In this document: positions 35,614 through 47,788 of the stretch, piece after piece
Layout: each line of letters starts with the position of its first letter
Position numbering within the stretch: the stretch's first letter is position 1
From: Bacteriovoracia bacterium
GTDB taxonomy: Bacteria; Bdellovibrionota; UBA1018; JBFWNL01
Length of the DNA stretch: 64,000 nt
NCBI GenBank assembly: GCA_050251055.1
Contig: JBFWNL010000009.1
Coordinates: forward strand, 75,344-139,343
Direction of reading: 5' to 3'
The notes under the pieces: model-generated
Told to the model about the DNA's origin: nothing
Database searches by the model: none
What the model saw: the letters and a program-made list of their open reading frames with translations, nothing else
Program-made: the position numbers and the translations under genes

Positions 35614-37076
35614 GCGATTTCCCCCGTTTCGCGGCGGCGCAGGTCGTAGCGAAGTACGATCGACCCGTCACCGGGTAACTGCCACGGGCAGGGTAATCCC
35701 CGCGCCGTAAACTTCGCCTCGGAGCGCTTGAGGAGCTTTTGGAGACGCCCGTCGTGAAGTCTCGCGACATAGCGACTACGGGTCAATTTTTCGTGCAGAT
35801 AAGACTTCTGGAACGAATCGCCACGTCGGCCTCCCAACAGACGCAGCAAAGCCAAAGTGATGGGCTGCCGCCGCAAACTCAGGGAAACGGACTCCGGATG
35901 TCCAGGCGTCTGAAACACAACCTCATTTTCCTCCAGGGAAAACGCAGAGGCGGATGTCACCTGCAAAGGGAACAAACGACGCTCTAGCCGTTGGCGCCAA
36001 GGAGACTCGACTCCCCCCAGCCGATCGGCATCGATCGCCGGCATCAACGGGGAACGAAACCCCACCGCGGCTAACTGCGGATTCAGCTCATCCCGCCAAA
36101 TCCGCCGCGCGTAGTCGACGTCTTCATCGATCGCGATCAGCGCCGTCAGATAAGTGAAATACAAACGGAAACGCCAGGGCAAGGATTCCACTCGGACGCG
36201 AGGACGATCAGAATCACCCCAGAGACGGCGGCAGAGAGTAGCGATGGCCCTTCGGCCCGGGTCGCGCTGAACGTCGTCCGAGCGGAAATACTCGTGCAGC
36301 CATCGCGCATGAGCTAGAGCCGCAGGATCGTAGATAAAGAGAAATTCCGTGCAAAGCTTGGCGATATCGAAGCGATCGGGCGCGGCCACGTGCACGGGTG
36401 GCCCCTCCACGCTCCAGCGCCGGGCAAGGCTCGAATCTCCGTCGCCATCGAGGAACTCGAGGCAGAGGTCCACCCGAGGCAGAAAGCCGGGAGGGATGCG
36501 GTCTCGAACTCCCCGCAGGTACTCGGGGTTGCCCAGATCCCAGCGGATCCAAGCTTCGTTCATCTGGCTGAGACCTCGGCGGTAACCGGCCGCACGCGTA
36601 TCGGCGGCGATACTTTGAAAGAGATCCGCGGCCACGAAGAGCTTGCCCAGTTCGGCCTGGGCAAATGCATAGGCGAATTTGGCGTCATTGCCCAACATCG
36701 CGGCGACCGAAGGATCCCCGTGATTTTGGCTCAGTTCCCAGCCAATTTGGGCGGTCTGGGCGGCTTCCACGAACTTGCCTTGGGCTCGCTCCACGCGGGC
36801 CTGGGCGAGTAAGGCCCGCAGCTCCGTCTCCGGGTCGAACACGGGAGGACTCTCATCCGCCGCCGCGCGGACTTCACGGATCATCCGGCAAGCGTCCTCT
36901 TCACGCCCCAAGAATGCGTACGCGCGCGCCAGGGCCGCTTTTTCCCGCAGGCCGCGATGCAGGCGAGGCTCGAGCACGCGCACGACGGACGCAAAATCCC
37001 CTTCCCGTTCGTATTGCCGGTAGTCGGGTGTTAAAAAATTCGACAATCCATCGCGCGGATTCGCCACTTGAGACAT
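35610..37076 (-). CDS. TPR + C-terminal winged-helix putative regulator
   Basis: TPR-like N-terminal helices; C-terminal PITLALL.LL...SFQKSYL....Y...LHDGRL..LLKR resembles the wHTH of the 20455 protein. Confidence 0.6.
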   Translation of the reverse strand: MSQVANPRDGLSNFLTPDYRQYEREGDFASVVRVLEPRLHRGLREKAALARAYAFLGREEDACRMIREVRAAADESPPVFDPETELRALLAQARVERAQGKFVEAAQTAQIGWELSQNHGDPSVAAMLGNDAKFAYAFAQAELGKLFVAADLFQSIAADTRAAGYRRGLSQMNEAWIRWDLGNPEYLRGVRDRIPPGFLPRVDLCLEFLDGDGDSSLARRWSVEGPPVHVAAPDRFDIAKLCTEFLFIYDPAALAHARWLHEYFRSDDVQRDPGRRAIATLCRRLWGDSDRPRVRVESLPWRFRLYFTYLTALIAIDEDVDYARRIWRDELNPQLAAVGFRSPLMPAIDADRLGGVESPWRQRLERRLFPLQVTSASAFSLEENEVVFQTPGHPESVSLSLRRQPITLALLRLLGGRRGDSFQKSYLHEKLTRSRYVARLHDGRLQKLLKRSEAKFTARGLPCPWQLPGDGSIVLRYDLRRRETGEIA

Positions 37077-37133
37077 TCGACGCGGGCTATAGCAAGCGAT
37101 GTACCGCGGGGAGGCTAGGGGGCGGGCGGGCGA

Positions 37134-38099
37134 TTAATACAGGCGGACGACGTCGCCTTCTTGGAACTGGCCGCCGGTGTGGATGTTCGCCACGGCTGCG
37201 TCCTCGCCGATGAAATCAACGACTTCTAGCGTGCCTTTTAATTGGCCTTGCGAGCGGCCCAGATAAGCACCGGTTTCGGGATCGTAAACGTCATCGCCCT
37301 TGGTGAGAACCTTTAGGATATCTCCCCCGACCAAGCCCGAAACGCGGCCCGAGTTGAGGTAAACCTTCTGCCCCGTGATTTTGGCGATGGCACCCTGCCA
37401 GGTCATTTTTTCGATGCCGCGGATCACGTCGTTGGTGAACTGCTTCATCGCCTCGCGGATGGCGAGCTTGATGAGTTCGGCGCGGTACTCGGGCGTCTGC
37501 ATGTCGCTGCCTTCCATCGTCACAACGGCGTTATTGGAAGACTCCCCCGCATGGGCCGAAGCCATCATTTCACGGCCGGCGGCCACGTCAAACATCTTGA
37601 TCTCGACGTCGGCGGCGGCGAGCGATTGTTTCTGGCGGAACAAACCCACCTCGTCGCCGCGTTGCCGGAAAAGCACGCGCTTGATGCGACCAATAACCAG
37701 CACGGCCACGCCCATGCGACGACCTTCCTGAATCAACTGGGCGACGCGCACCTTATCTCCCTGGATGAAGTCCGAAGTCTCGAGCTGCGTGCGCAGGTCT
37801 TGGGGCAAGATCAGGCGCTCGGTTTGGTGGAGCTCGCGCCGAAGCTCATCGGCCGCGAAAGTGCCTAACTCCTTGTAGTCGGTGGGCGTGTCGTTCCAAA
37901 AATTAAACACCACGATGCGCTTCTTGGGCTGTCCCAGCTGGGCCAGACGCTGCGTGGGCGGCTGCGGGGCTTCGTCCGCGCGATTGTAATAACTCACCGG
38001 CTCGTCGACCACCTCCTGCTTGCGCGCGTATTCCTGGGAGCGCGCGCAACCGGTCGCCATTAAAATCAAAAACGCCATTCCGATCGACTTTTTCATCAC
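37134..38099 (-). CDS. CsgG/FlgT-like lipoprotein
   Basis: Lipobox MATGC; KKRIVVFNF; VYLNSG...GL..GD.L.V....YDPETG.YLG FlgT-C-like motif. Confidence 0.75.
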   Translation of the reverse strand: MMKKSIGMAFLILMATGCARSQEYARKQEVVDEPVSYYNRADEAPQPPTQRLAQLGQPKKRIVVFNFWNDTPTDYKELGTFAADELRRELHQTERLILPQDLRTQLETSDFIQGDKVRVAQLIQEGRRMGVAVLVIGRIKRVLFRQRGDEVGLFRQKQSLAAADVEIKMFDVAAGREMMASAHAGESSNNAVVTMEGSDMQTPEYRAELIKLAIREAMKQFTNDVIRGIEKMTWQGAIAKITGQKVYLNSGRVSGLVGGDILKVLTKGDDVYDPETGAYLGRSQGQLKGTLEVVDFIGEDAAVANIHTGGQFQEGDVVRLY

Positions 38100-38731
38100 C
38101 TAATCCTCACGCTGAAGGCAAAATCCCCCGAGCTGGAATCGAGCACGGATACGGTCGAAGCCGCGCTTCCCGGCAACGTCAGGCGTGAAATCACCCCGCG
38201 CAGGTCGGCGACCGGCATCGAAGTCTTAATCTCCATCACCACCTGGCCACGCGATACCTTTTTTTCAAAAAAGGAAGACCCGTTGGGGAGCTGCTGGCCC
38301 AGCATTTCTTTAAAGGCCGCCAAATGCTTGTAAGACTTCAACTCCGCGATTTCGAAGTAAAGCGCCTGCGTACCCCCTGTGGTTTCCGGAGCCGTCGCCA
38401 CATCGGTCGTCGCGCCCCCCATCAGATTCTGCTGGGTATCGCCAATCGCCGTGGAAAGGCCCGTTTCGGGAATCACCTGGGGAGAGGCCGCCGTCTTCGG
38501 CCGGGCGGCGGGCCTCACTCGCTTTCCCTCGGTACCCAGGGTCGGGACAGGGACCTTCTGGCCGGGGGCACCACTCTCCGCGGCCGCAGCCTCGTCGGAC
38601 GGCGGCGCCTCATCCGAATAATCAGCTTCGCTGGACGACGGGGGTTCCGCGTACGCGACGATGGCGATCAATATCAGGAGACATAACCCGGCGTGGATAG
38701 TCGATAGAACAGCCCTGTTCATCTCCATCAT
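38096..38731 (-). CDS. Hypothetical exported/membrane-anchored protein
   Basis: N-terminal hydrophobic segment, low-complexity linker; co-oriented with dnaE. Confidence 0.6.
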   Translation of the reverse strand: MMEMNRAVLSTIHAGLCLLILIAIVAYAEPPSSSEADYSDEAPPSDEAAAAESGAPGQKVPVPTLGTEGKRVRPAARPKTAASPQVIPETGLSTAIGDTQQNLMGGATTDVATAPETTGGTQALYFEIAELKSYKHLAAFKEMLGQQLPNGSSFFEKKVSRGQVVMEIKTSMPVADLRGVISRLTLPGSAASTVSVLDSSSGDFAFSVRIR

Positions 38732-38755
38732 CTTAACCGGAAAAAACCAGAATGG

Positions 38756-41700
38756 CTACTCGCGGAGGCTGACGACGGAGGCGCCGAAGATCTTATTGAC
38801 GGCCGCGACCATGGCCGGCGAGGTGGCGACTTTCAGGTCTCCCGGCAAATCCAGCCGGGTGCGGAATTTCCGACCGGACGACTCGCCGGCGAATTCGATG
38901 GCGACCGGACACTTGCCCCGGTGCTCGATGAGGTGTTTTTTCAATTCGCGCAGCTGCTCGACGCTGATACCGGTGGAGTTAAGGCTCACGATCACGCGCG
39001 AGAACTTGCCCTGCTGGTTATCGTTGAGGACTTCGGAGGCCTTCTCGATCGCTTTCGCCAGAATCTTGACGGTGCCATCGCGATACTCGAGCTCGCCAGT
39101 AATGATCACGGGCTCGGCCTCGCCCAAGGCCAGCTTCAGCTTATCGGCCAAACTCGCGTAGGCATCGGGAAAGAAGATGATCTCAACCTTCCCTTTTAGG
39201 TCTTCGAGCTGGGCAAACGCCATGCGGGTGCCCTTCTTCGTGGTGATCTCCTTGCTCTCGGTCATAAGACCCGCAATACGGATTTCCTTCCGCTGTGGCC
39301 GCTGAAAACCGCCCTTCCCGAAAGTCGGCGTGGAGGCCGGGGCCTGCGGCTGCAAGGCCTTTTGCTCGCCCCAGGCCTGAAGCTTCTCGGTGCTCCAACC
39401 CAGCCACTCCTCGCAAATGGTTTGCCAGTGATCCATCGGGTGGCCGGACACGTAGAAGCCGACGACCTGCTTTTCGTTCAAAAGCTTCTTAGCGAGCGGC
39501 CAGTCGGGCTCTTGTTTGAAGATGAGCGAAGTAGGCTGCACGAGCTTGATATCTTCGGCGTTGAAGGAGTCAAAGAGCGAGGACTGCCCCAGCTCACGCT
39601 CCGCCTGCTCGTCGGCCGCCGTCTCCAGCAGCCCTTCCAGAGATGAAAAGAGGCTCGCGCGATTGACCGGGCTGATGCGATCGAGCGCGCCCGAAAGCGT
39701 CAATGCTTCCAGAACCTTCTTGTTGACCTTACGGACTTCCACGCGTTTGCAGAAATCGGCCACGTCTTTAAAATCTTTTGTCGTGCGCGCGTTAAGGATG
39801 GAGTCAACGGCGATGCCGCCCACGCCCTTGATGGCTTCCAAACCAAAGCGGATCGCTTTTATCGGTTTGCCCGTGCCGCGCAGAGCCTTGGGATACTCAT
39901 CGTGATCGGGCGTGAGCACTTCCACGCTGAAATGCTTTTTCGAGCGGTTCACGTCCGGCGGCAGGATCGGAATCTGGTGCGCGCGCGCGTCGGAGATGTA
40001 CTTCGTGATCTTGTCCGTGCTGTTGAGTTCGGTTGTCATCAGCGCGGCCATGAATTCCGCGGGATAGTACGTTTTCAGGTACGCCGTCTGGTACGTCAGG
40101 ACCGCGTAGGCGGCCGAGTGGGACTTGTTAAAGCCGTATTCGGCGAACTTCGCCATCAAGTCGAAGATCGTTTCGGCCTTCTTTTGGTCGAACTTACGCT
40201 CAATCGCGCCCTTAACGAACATGTCGCGATGCTTGGCCATCTCGTCGGCCTTCTTCTTGCCCATCGCGCGACGGAGCATATCGGCTTGCCCTAGCGAGTA
40301 GCCCGCCATCTCGCGGGCGATCTGCATCACCTGTTCTTGATACAGGATCACCCCGTACGTATCTTTTAAGATGGGCGCGAGTTCCGGCACTTCATAGACG
40401 ATTTGCTTGCGCCCGTGCTTGCAGTCGATGAAGTCATCCACCATGCCCGACCCCAGCGGGCCCGGGCGGAAGAGCGCGTTGATCGCGGTGAGATCTTCGA
40501 CCGAGTTGGGCTGCAGCCGGGCGCAAAGGTCCTTCATGCCCGAGCTTTCGACCTGGAACACGCCGTCGGTATCGGCCGCGGAAATCAGCTCGTATACTTT
40601 GGGGTCCCGGTAATTAATCCGCTCGAGCCTTACTTCCACGGCCGGCTCCGCCGGAGCCGAAACTTCGCGTACCAGCCGAATCGCATTGTCGATCACGGTC
40701 AGGGTCTTGAGTCCCAAGAAGTCGAACTTCACCAGACCGATCTTTTCGGCAAAATCTTTATCGAACTGACAGACGGGCGCGCCTTCCGAGCCCATATACA
40801 GCGGGCAATAGCTGACGACCGGCTTTTCGGTGATGATCACGCCGGCGGCGTGCACGCCCGCGTTGCGCGATAAGCCTTCGAGCGCCAACGCGTACTCCAT
40901 GACTTTAGCGAGCTTGGCGTCCGCGTTCATGCGATCGCGCAGCAGCGGTTCCTTTTCAATGGCATCGGTGAGCTTGATATTCAGCTCGTCCGGCAGAAGC
41001 TTCGTGATCTGGTCGGATTCTGCGAAAGTCAATCCCAGCACACGCGCGACGTCCTTGATGACCGCGCGGGCCTGCAGCTTACCGAACGTGATGATCTGGC
41101 AAACGTTCTGGGCGCCGTACTTGCGATTCACGTAATCGATGACTTCCCCGCGGCGGTCCTGGCAGAAGTCGACGTCGAAGTCGGGCAAGCTGATACGCTC
41201 GGGATTGATGAACCGCTCGAAAAGCAGGTTGAACTCGATGGGATCGATATCCGTGATGAAAAGCGAATAAGCGACGAGCGAGCCCGCGCCCGATCCGCGG
41301 CCCGGCCCCACCGGAATCTGGTTCTTTTTTGCGTAACCAATGAAATCCGCGACGATGAGGAAGTAACCGGCGAATCCCGTGCGCTGGATCATCTCGACTT
41401 CGTCTTTGAGTCGCTTGCGGTAAATCTTCTCTTTTTCGGCCCAATCGGTGGCTTTTTTCTTCTCGAGAAACTGCGGCTCCAACAGCCGTGCTTCCAAACC
41501 CTTCAGGGACTCCTCGGCGAAGTACTTGCCGATGTCGAAGGCCTTGTCTTCCGCACTGCCCGGCACGATCCCATCGGGACGGAAACTGGGCAGGTGGTAA
41601 ATCGGCCGACCTTCGGCATCTTTAAACTTGAACTTGAGATCGCACTTCTCGGCGATCTCCAGCGACGCTTCGCAAACGCCAGGAAAACGCTCAAAACGCG

Positions 41701-42544
41701 CGTGCATCTCGGCCGCGCTCTTCACGTGGTACTCACTCGGCACCAGGCTTTTCGGCCGATCGAAGTCGAGGTTGCGCCCATTCATGATGCACTGAAGGAC
41801 CTCGTGCGCTTCGGCGTCCTCGGGATTCAGGTAGTGGCAATCGTTCGTGGCGACGCAGGCGATGCCGAACTTCTTACCGAAGTGATAAAGGATGTCGTTC
41901 GTCTGCGTCTGCTCAGGCAACCCGTTGTCTTGCAGTTCGAGATAAAAATCCGCGCCGAAACGCTGCTTGAACCACTTGACGATTTTTTCTGCGCCCTCTT
42001 CGTCCCCCTGCAGGATCTTGTAAGCGAGCTCCCCGCGTAGGCAGCCCGAGAGCACGACCAAGCCGTCGCCGAACTGATCGAGCAGCTTTTGACTGACGAG
42101 CGGAAGCGGCGCCTTCTGCCCCTTTTTGGGCGGAGGCATGTCCGTGTACGCATGCGTAACGAGTTGGCAAAGATTTTGGTATCCCGCCTGATCCTTGCAA
42201 AGCAGCACGAGGTGGTGGAATCGCGGCTTCAAGCGGTCCGCTGGCGAAAGCGCGGCCGCTTCTCCCCCGAAATGGCCTTCGGCATGATAGAGAACTTCGC
42301 AACCAATGATGGCCTTGATGCCGTATTCTTTGGCGGTGAAATAGAAATCGATCGCGCCGAAGAGGTTATTCGTGTCGGTAATGGCGACCGCCGGCATGCC
42401 GAGCGATTTCACTTTTTCGAATAGTGGCTTTACGCGAATTGCGCCCTGGAGCAGGCTATACTGCGTGTGCATGTGCAGGTGCACGAAACCGGGGCCAGGT
42501 GTGGCCGGTGCAGTATGAGCTGAAGATTCCTTAGGCTTTTCCAT
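38756..42544 (-). CDS. dnaE: DNA polymerase III alpha subunit
   Basis: FVHLHMHTQYSLL PHP domain, GPGRGSGAGSLVAY, RISLPDFDVDF, KFDFLGLKTLT, YGFNKSHSAAY. Confidence 0.98.
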   Translation of the reverse strand: MEKPKESSAHTAPATPGPGFVHLHMHTQYSLLQGAIRVKPLFEKVKSLGMPAVAITDTNNLFGAIDFYFTAKEYGIKAIIGCEVLYHAEGHFGGEAAALSPADRLKPRFHHLVLLCKDQAGYQNLCQLVTHAYTDMPPPKKGQKAPLPLVSQKLLDQFGDGLVVLSGCLRGELAYKILQGDEEGAEKIVKWFKQRFGADFYLELQDNGLPEQTQTNDILYHFGKKFGIACVATNDCHYLNPEDAEAHEVLQCIMNGRNLDFDRPKSLVPSEYHVKSAAEMHARFERFPGVCEASLEIAEKCDLKFKFKDAEGRPIYHLPSFRPDGIVPGSAEDKAFDIGKYFAEESLKGLEARLLEPQFLEKKKATDWAEKEKIYRKRLKDEVEMIQRTGFAGYFLIVADFIGYAKKNQIPVGPGRGSGAGSLVAYSLFITDIDPIEFNLLFERFINPERISLPDFDVDFCQDRRGEVIDYVNRKYGAQNVCQIITFGKLQARAVIKDVARVLGLTFAESDQITKLLPDELNIKLTDAIEKEPLLRDRMNADAKLAKVMEYALALEGLSRNAGVHAAGVIITEKPVVSYCPLYMGSEGAPVCQFDKDFAEKIGLVKFDFLGLKTLTVIDNAIRLVREVSAPAEPAVEVRLERINYRDPKVYELISAADTDGVFQVESSGMKDLCARLQPNSVEDLTAINALFRPGPLGSGMVDDFIDCKHGRKQIVYEVPELAPILKDTYGVILYQEQVMQIAREMAGYSLGQADMLRRAMGKKKADEMAKHRDMFVKGAIERKFDQKKAETIFDLMAKFAEYGFNKSHSAAYAVLTYQTAYLKTYYPAEFMAALMTTELNSTDKITKYISDARAHQIPILPPDVNRSKKHFSVEVLTPDHDEYPKALRGTGKPIKAIRFGLEAIKGVGGIAVDSILNARTTKDFKDVADFCKRVEVRKVNKKVLEALTLSGALDRISPVNRASLFSSLEGLLETAADEQAERELGQSSLFDSFNAEDIKLVQPTSLIFKQEPDWPLAKKLLNEKQVVGFYVSGHPMDHWQTICEEWLGWSTEKLQAWGEQKALQPQAPASTPTFGKGGFQRPQRKEIRIAGLMTESKEITTKKGTRMAFAQLEDLKGKVEIIFFPDAYASLADKLKLALGEAEPVIITGELEYRDGTVKILAKAIEKASEVLNDNQQGKFSRVIVSLNSTGISVEQLRELKKHLIEHRGKCPVAIEFAGESSGRKFRTRLDLPGDLKVATSPAMVAAVNKIFGASVVSLRE

Positions 42545-42664
42545 TTATTGGCGTGCGGTTCCCGTGAATGCTTGCCCTGCTTCTATGAAACCCGACTCGG
42601 AATGTCTATACGAAGCGCGCAATTTGACACGAGGCAACACAAACTTGTAAGCTGGGGTGAAAAT

Positions 42665-43372
42665 CTAGTCTTTGGAACCCGAAACAATCGCCATATGCGG
42701 CGCATGAAGGAGGCCGATATGCCGCTTCTGGCCGGCAATCTGACCCCATTCGTAGACTAAGTACTTTTCGCCAGGGAGCGGCACGGCGTCTCCCTCGGGG
42801 ATGTAAACCACGATCTGCTTGCCTTTTTGGATCTCCACGCCCACGCCCTGTAGGCAGTACATCCAGGTGAAATCGTCGGCGCGGGTCAACGCGGGATTCG
42901 TCACCGTGCCCTGAAAGGCGGGCTTCTGTTTTTCCAGCACTCGCCTCGCCTTCCGGTATTGGATGCCCAGTTGGTCCATCGCGAAGAAAAAATAGGCCAG
43001 CACCCACAACAGGGGGGACAGGGCTAGCGCCGAGGTTTTGGCTAAGTCCTCCCAATGCTGCACGCAGGTACGCTTCTGAAAGTCGTTCACGGCTCCGCCA
43101 AAGATACAGACGGCGGGGGGCAGAAAAACGAGTTTCAGAAAACGCCCATAGGTTTGCGCGACTTTCATGGGCGGAGAAACCCGCACGGGTTCCGCCGGCA
43201 CGAGCGAGGGAATCGCTTCGTCACGTTTCGTTTCTCGGATGACTTGGAAGGCGGGAAGGTCGGCGAGGAACCCCACGAGAAAAACACCGACGAGGGCGGC
43301 GGCGACGCCATTTTTCCAGCGCCGCCGCGCCAATTCAAGTTTGGGGATTCTGCGGAAAGGAAGATTCGACAA
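42665..43372 (-). CDS. Hypothetical membrane protein
   Basis: Two to three hydrophobic segments; directly follows the 43373 gene. Confidence 0.6.
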   Translation of the reverse strand: MSNLPFRRIPKLELARRRWKNGVAAALVGVFLVGFLADLPAFQVIRETKRDEAIPSLVPAEPVRVSPPMKVAQTYGRFLKLVFLPPAVCIFGGAVNDFQKRTCVQHWEDLAKTSALALSPLLWVLAYFFFAMDQLGIQYRKARRVLEKQKPAFQGTVTNPALTRADDFTWMYCLQGVGVEIQKGKQIVVYIPEGDAVPLPGEKYLVYEWGQIAGQKRHIGLLHAPHMAIVSGSKD

Positions 43373-44029
43373 TCAGAACCAGTCGAAGAACCAGCCCAGG
43401 CTCATGTAGGGCAAGCCACCCAGGCCTGCCTGAAGTCCTTTGATGTAGCCCAAGCCGAAGTTCAAGCCGTACTCGGTTTGCCAATCAATCCCGAAGCTCA
43501 CGCTCATCGTGTTACCCGAGGCCGAAAAACCGCCGATATCCAGCCCGCTCGTGTTTCCGGTCAAAGTCAATGTCGCGATGCTGTACCCAAATCCCACCAC
43601 CGGCGTAAAATTCCACCCCGGCACCATCGCCTTCACGCCAAATCCGATGGTTTTGAGCGAAATACTGGCGTTGCCACTCGTGGTGCTCGCCATGCCGTAG
43701 CCGGCGTGGAAGCGGAAAACGTCGATAACGTTATAGCCCAAGTTAAAACCGTAAAGCGCTGGGAACGGCTCGCCCAACAGGCTGGCGTAAATGCCGAAGC
43801 GCTTGGAGTTACGCGCGCTGCCCCCCAGGGATTCGGCCGGAATCTCCACGGGCGGAACCGAAGCCGGCGTGGCCACGACGGGCGCTTCCGGAGCCGACGG
43901 CGTCGCCGGTGCTTCCGTGGTTGTGGGTTTGGTGATGCGTGAAGACTTCGCCTTCTTTTCCGCGGCGCTAACCGAGATCGCGGCCCCCATGGCGAACAGC
44001 ACAACTAAAACTCGAAGAAACTTGGTCAT
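43373..44029 (-). CDS. Outer-membrane beta-barrel protein
   Basis: Likely ATG 44029 (MTKFLRVLVVLFAMGAAISVSA); 8-strand-like pattern; C-terminal GWFFDWF. Confidence 0.75.
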   Translation of the reverse strand: MTKFLRVLVVLFAMGAAISVSAAEKKAKSSRITKPTTTEAPATPSAPEAPVVATPASVPPVEIPAESLGGSARNSKRFGIYASLLGEPFPALYGFNLGYNVIDVFRFHAGYGMASTTSGNASISLKTIGFGVKAMVPGWNFTPVVGFGYSIATLTLTGNTSGLDIGGFSASGNTMSVSFGIDWQTEYGLNFGLGYIKGLQAGLGGLPYMSLGWFFDWF

Positions 44030-44120
44030 ACCCTTATCCCCCTGATTTTTAATGAAGAGAGTATGATTATTGGCGGGTTTAACAACCGCGTCAACGGGAA
44101 ACCCGCCCGCGCCGGCAGGG

Positions 44121-47200
<3,080 letters not shown>

Positions 47201-47788
47201 TCATCCTCCTTCAAAGGGTTCTTCGACAAACGGGTCTTCCAAATCCTGCTCGCGGTTACCCAATAGCACCGGACCGCGGACATAACTTTTATAAGCCTGC
47301 GAGTCGCGTACGTAGTTGTCCGCGCTGCGCTTCAGGAATTCGCGCTCATCCGACGTAAGCTCGCGCGTGGCCTTCGCCGGCGATCCTAGGATCAGGCTAC
47401 CGGGCGGGAACTTCTTTCCCTTGGGCACGAGGGCCCCGGCGGCGACGATGCTATCGTCGCCGATCTCGACATCATCCATCACGATCGCCCCCATCCCAAT
47501 CAGCACGCGATGGCCAATCCGGCAGCCGTGTAGGAGCGCGCGGTGACCCACCGTCACGTCGTCGCCGATAACGGTGGCGCTGACCTGACGGGTCACGTGG
47601 ATGGTCGAGGAATCCTGAATGTTGGTGCGGGCGCCAATGCGGATGGAGTTCACGTCTCCGCGCACGACGCATTGAAACCAGATACTGGAATTTTCTCCGA
47701 TCTCCACCTCGCCGATAATGTCCGCGGAAGGCGCCACGAAAGCCGTTTCGTGGATCCGGGGCCACTTATCGTGATGAGGAATGATCAT
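47201..47788 (-). CDS. Gamma carbonic anhydrase family (hexapeptide repeat) protein
   Basis: VVRGDVN.I.IG..TNIQD, VTVGH.A.LHGC, G.PAK..REL. Confidence 0.92.
   Translation of the reverse strand: MIIPHHDKWPRIHETAFVAPSADIIGEVEIGENSSIWFQCVVRGDVNSIRIGARTNIQDSSTIHVTRQVSATVIGDDVTVGHRALLHGCRIGHRVLIGMGAIVMDDVEIGDDSIVAAGALVPKGKKFPPGSLILGSPAKATRELTSDEREFLKRSADNYVRDSQAYKSYVRGPVLLGNREQDLEDPFVEEPFEGG

Noticed and set aside
38756-42544. Intein in DnaE
   Set aside because: Length and motifs are continuous; only short insertions, no C...HN splice motifs.
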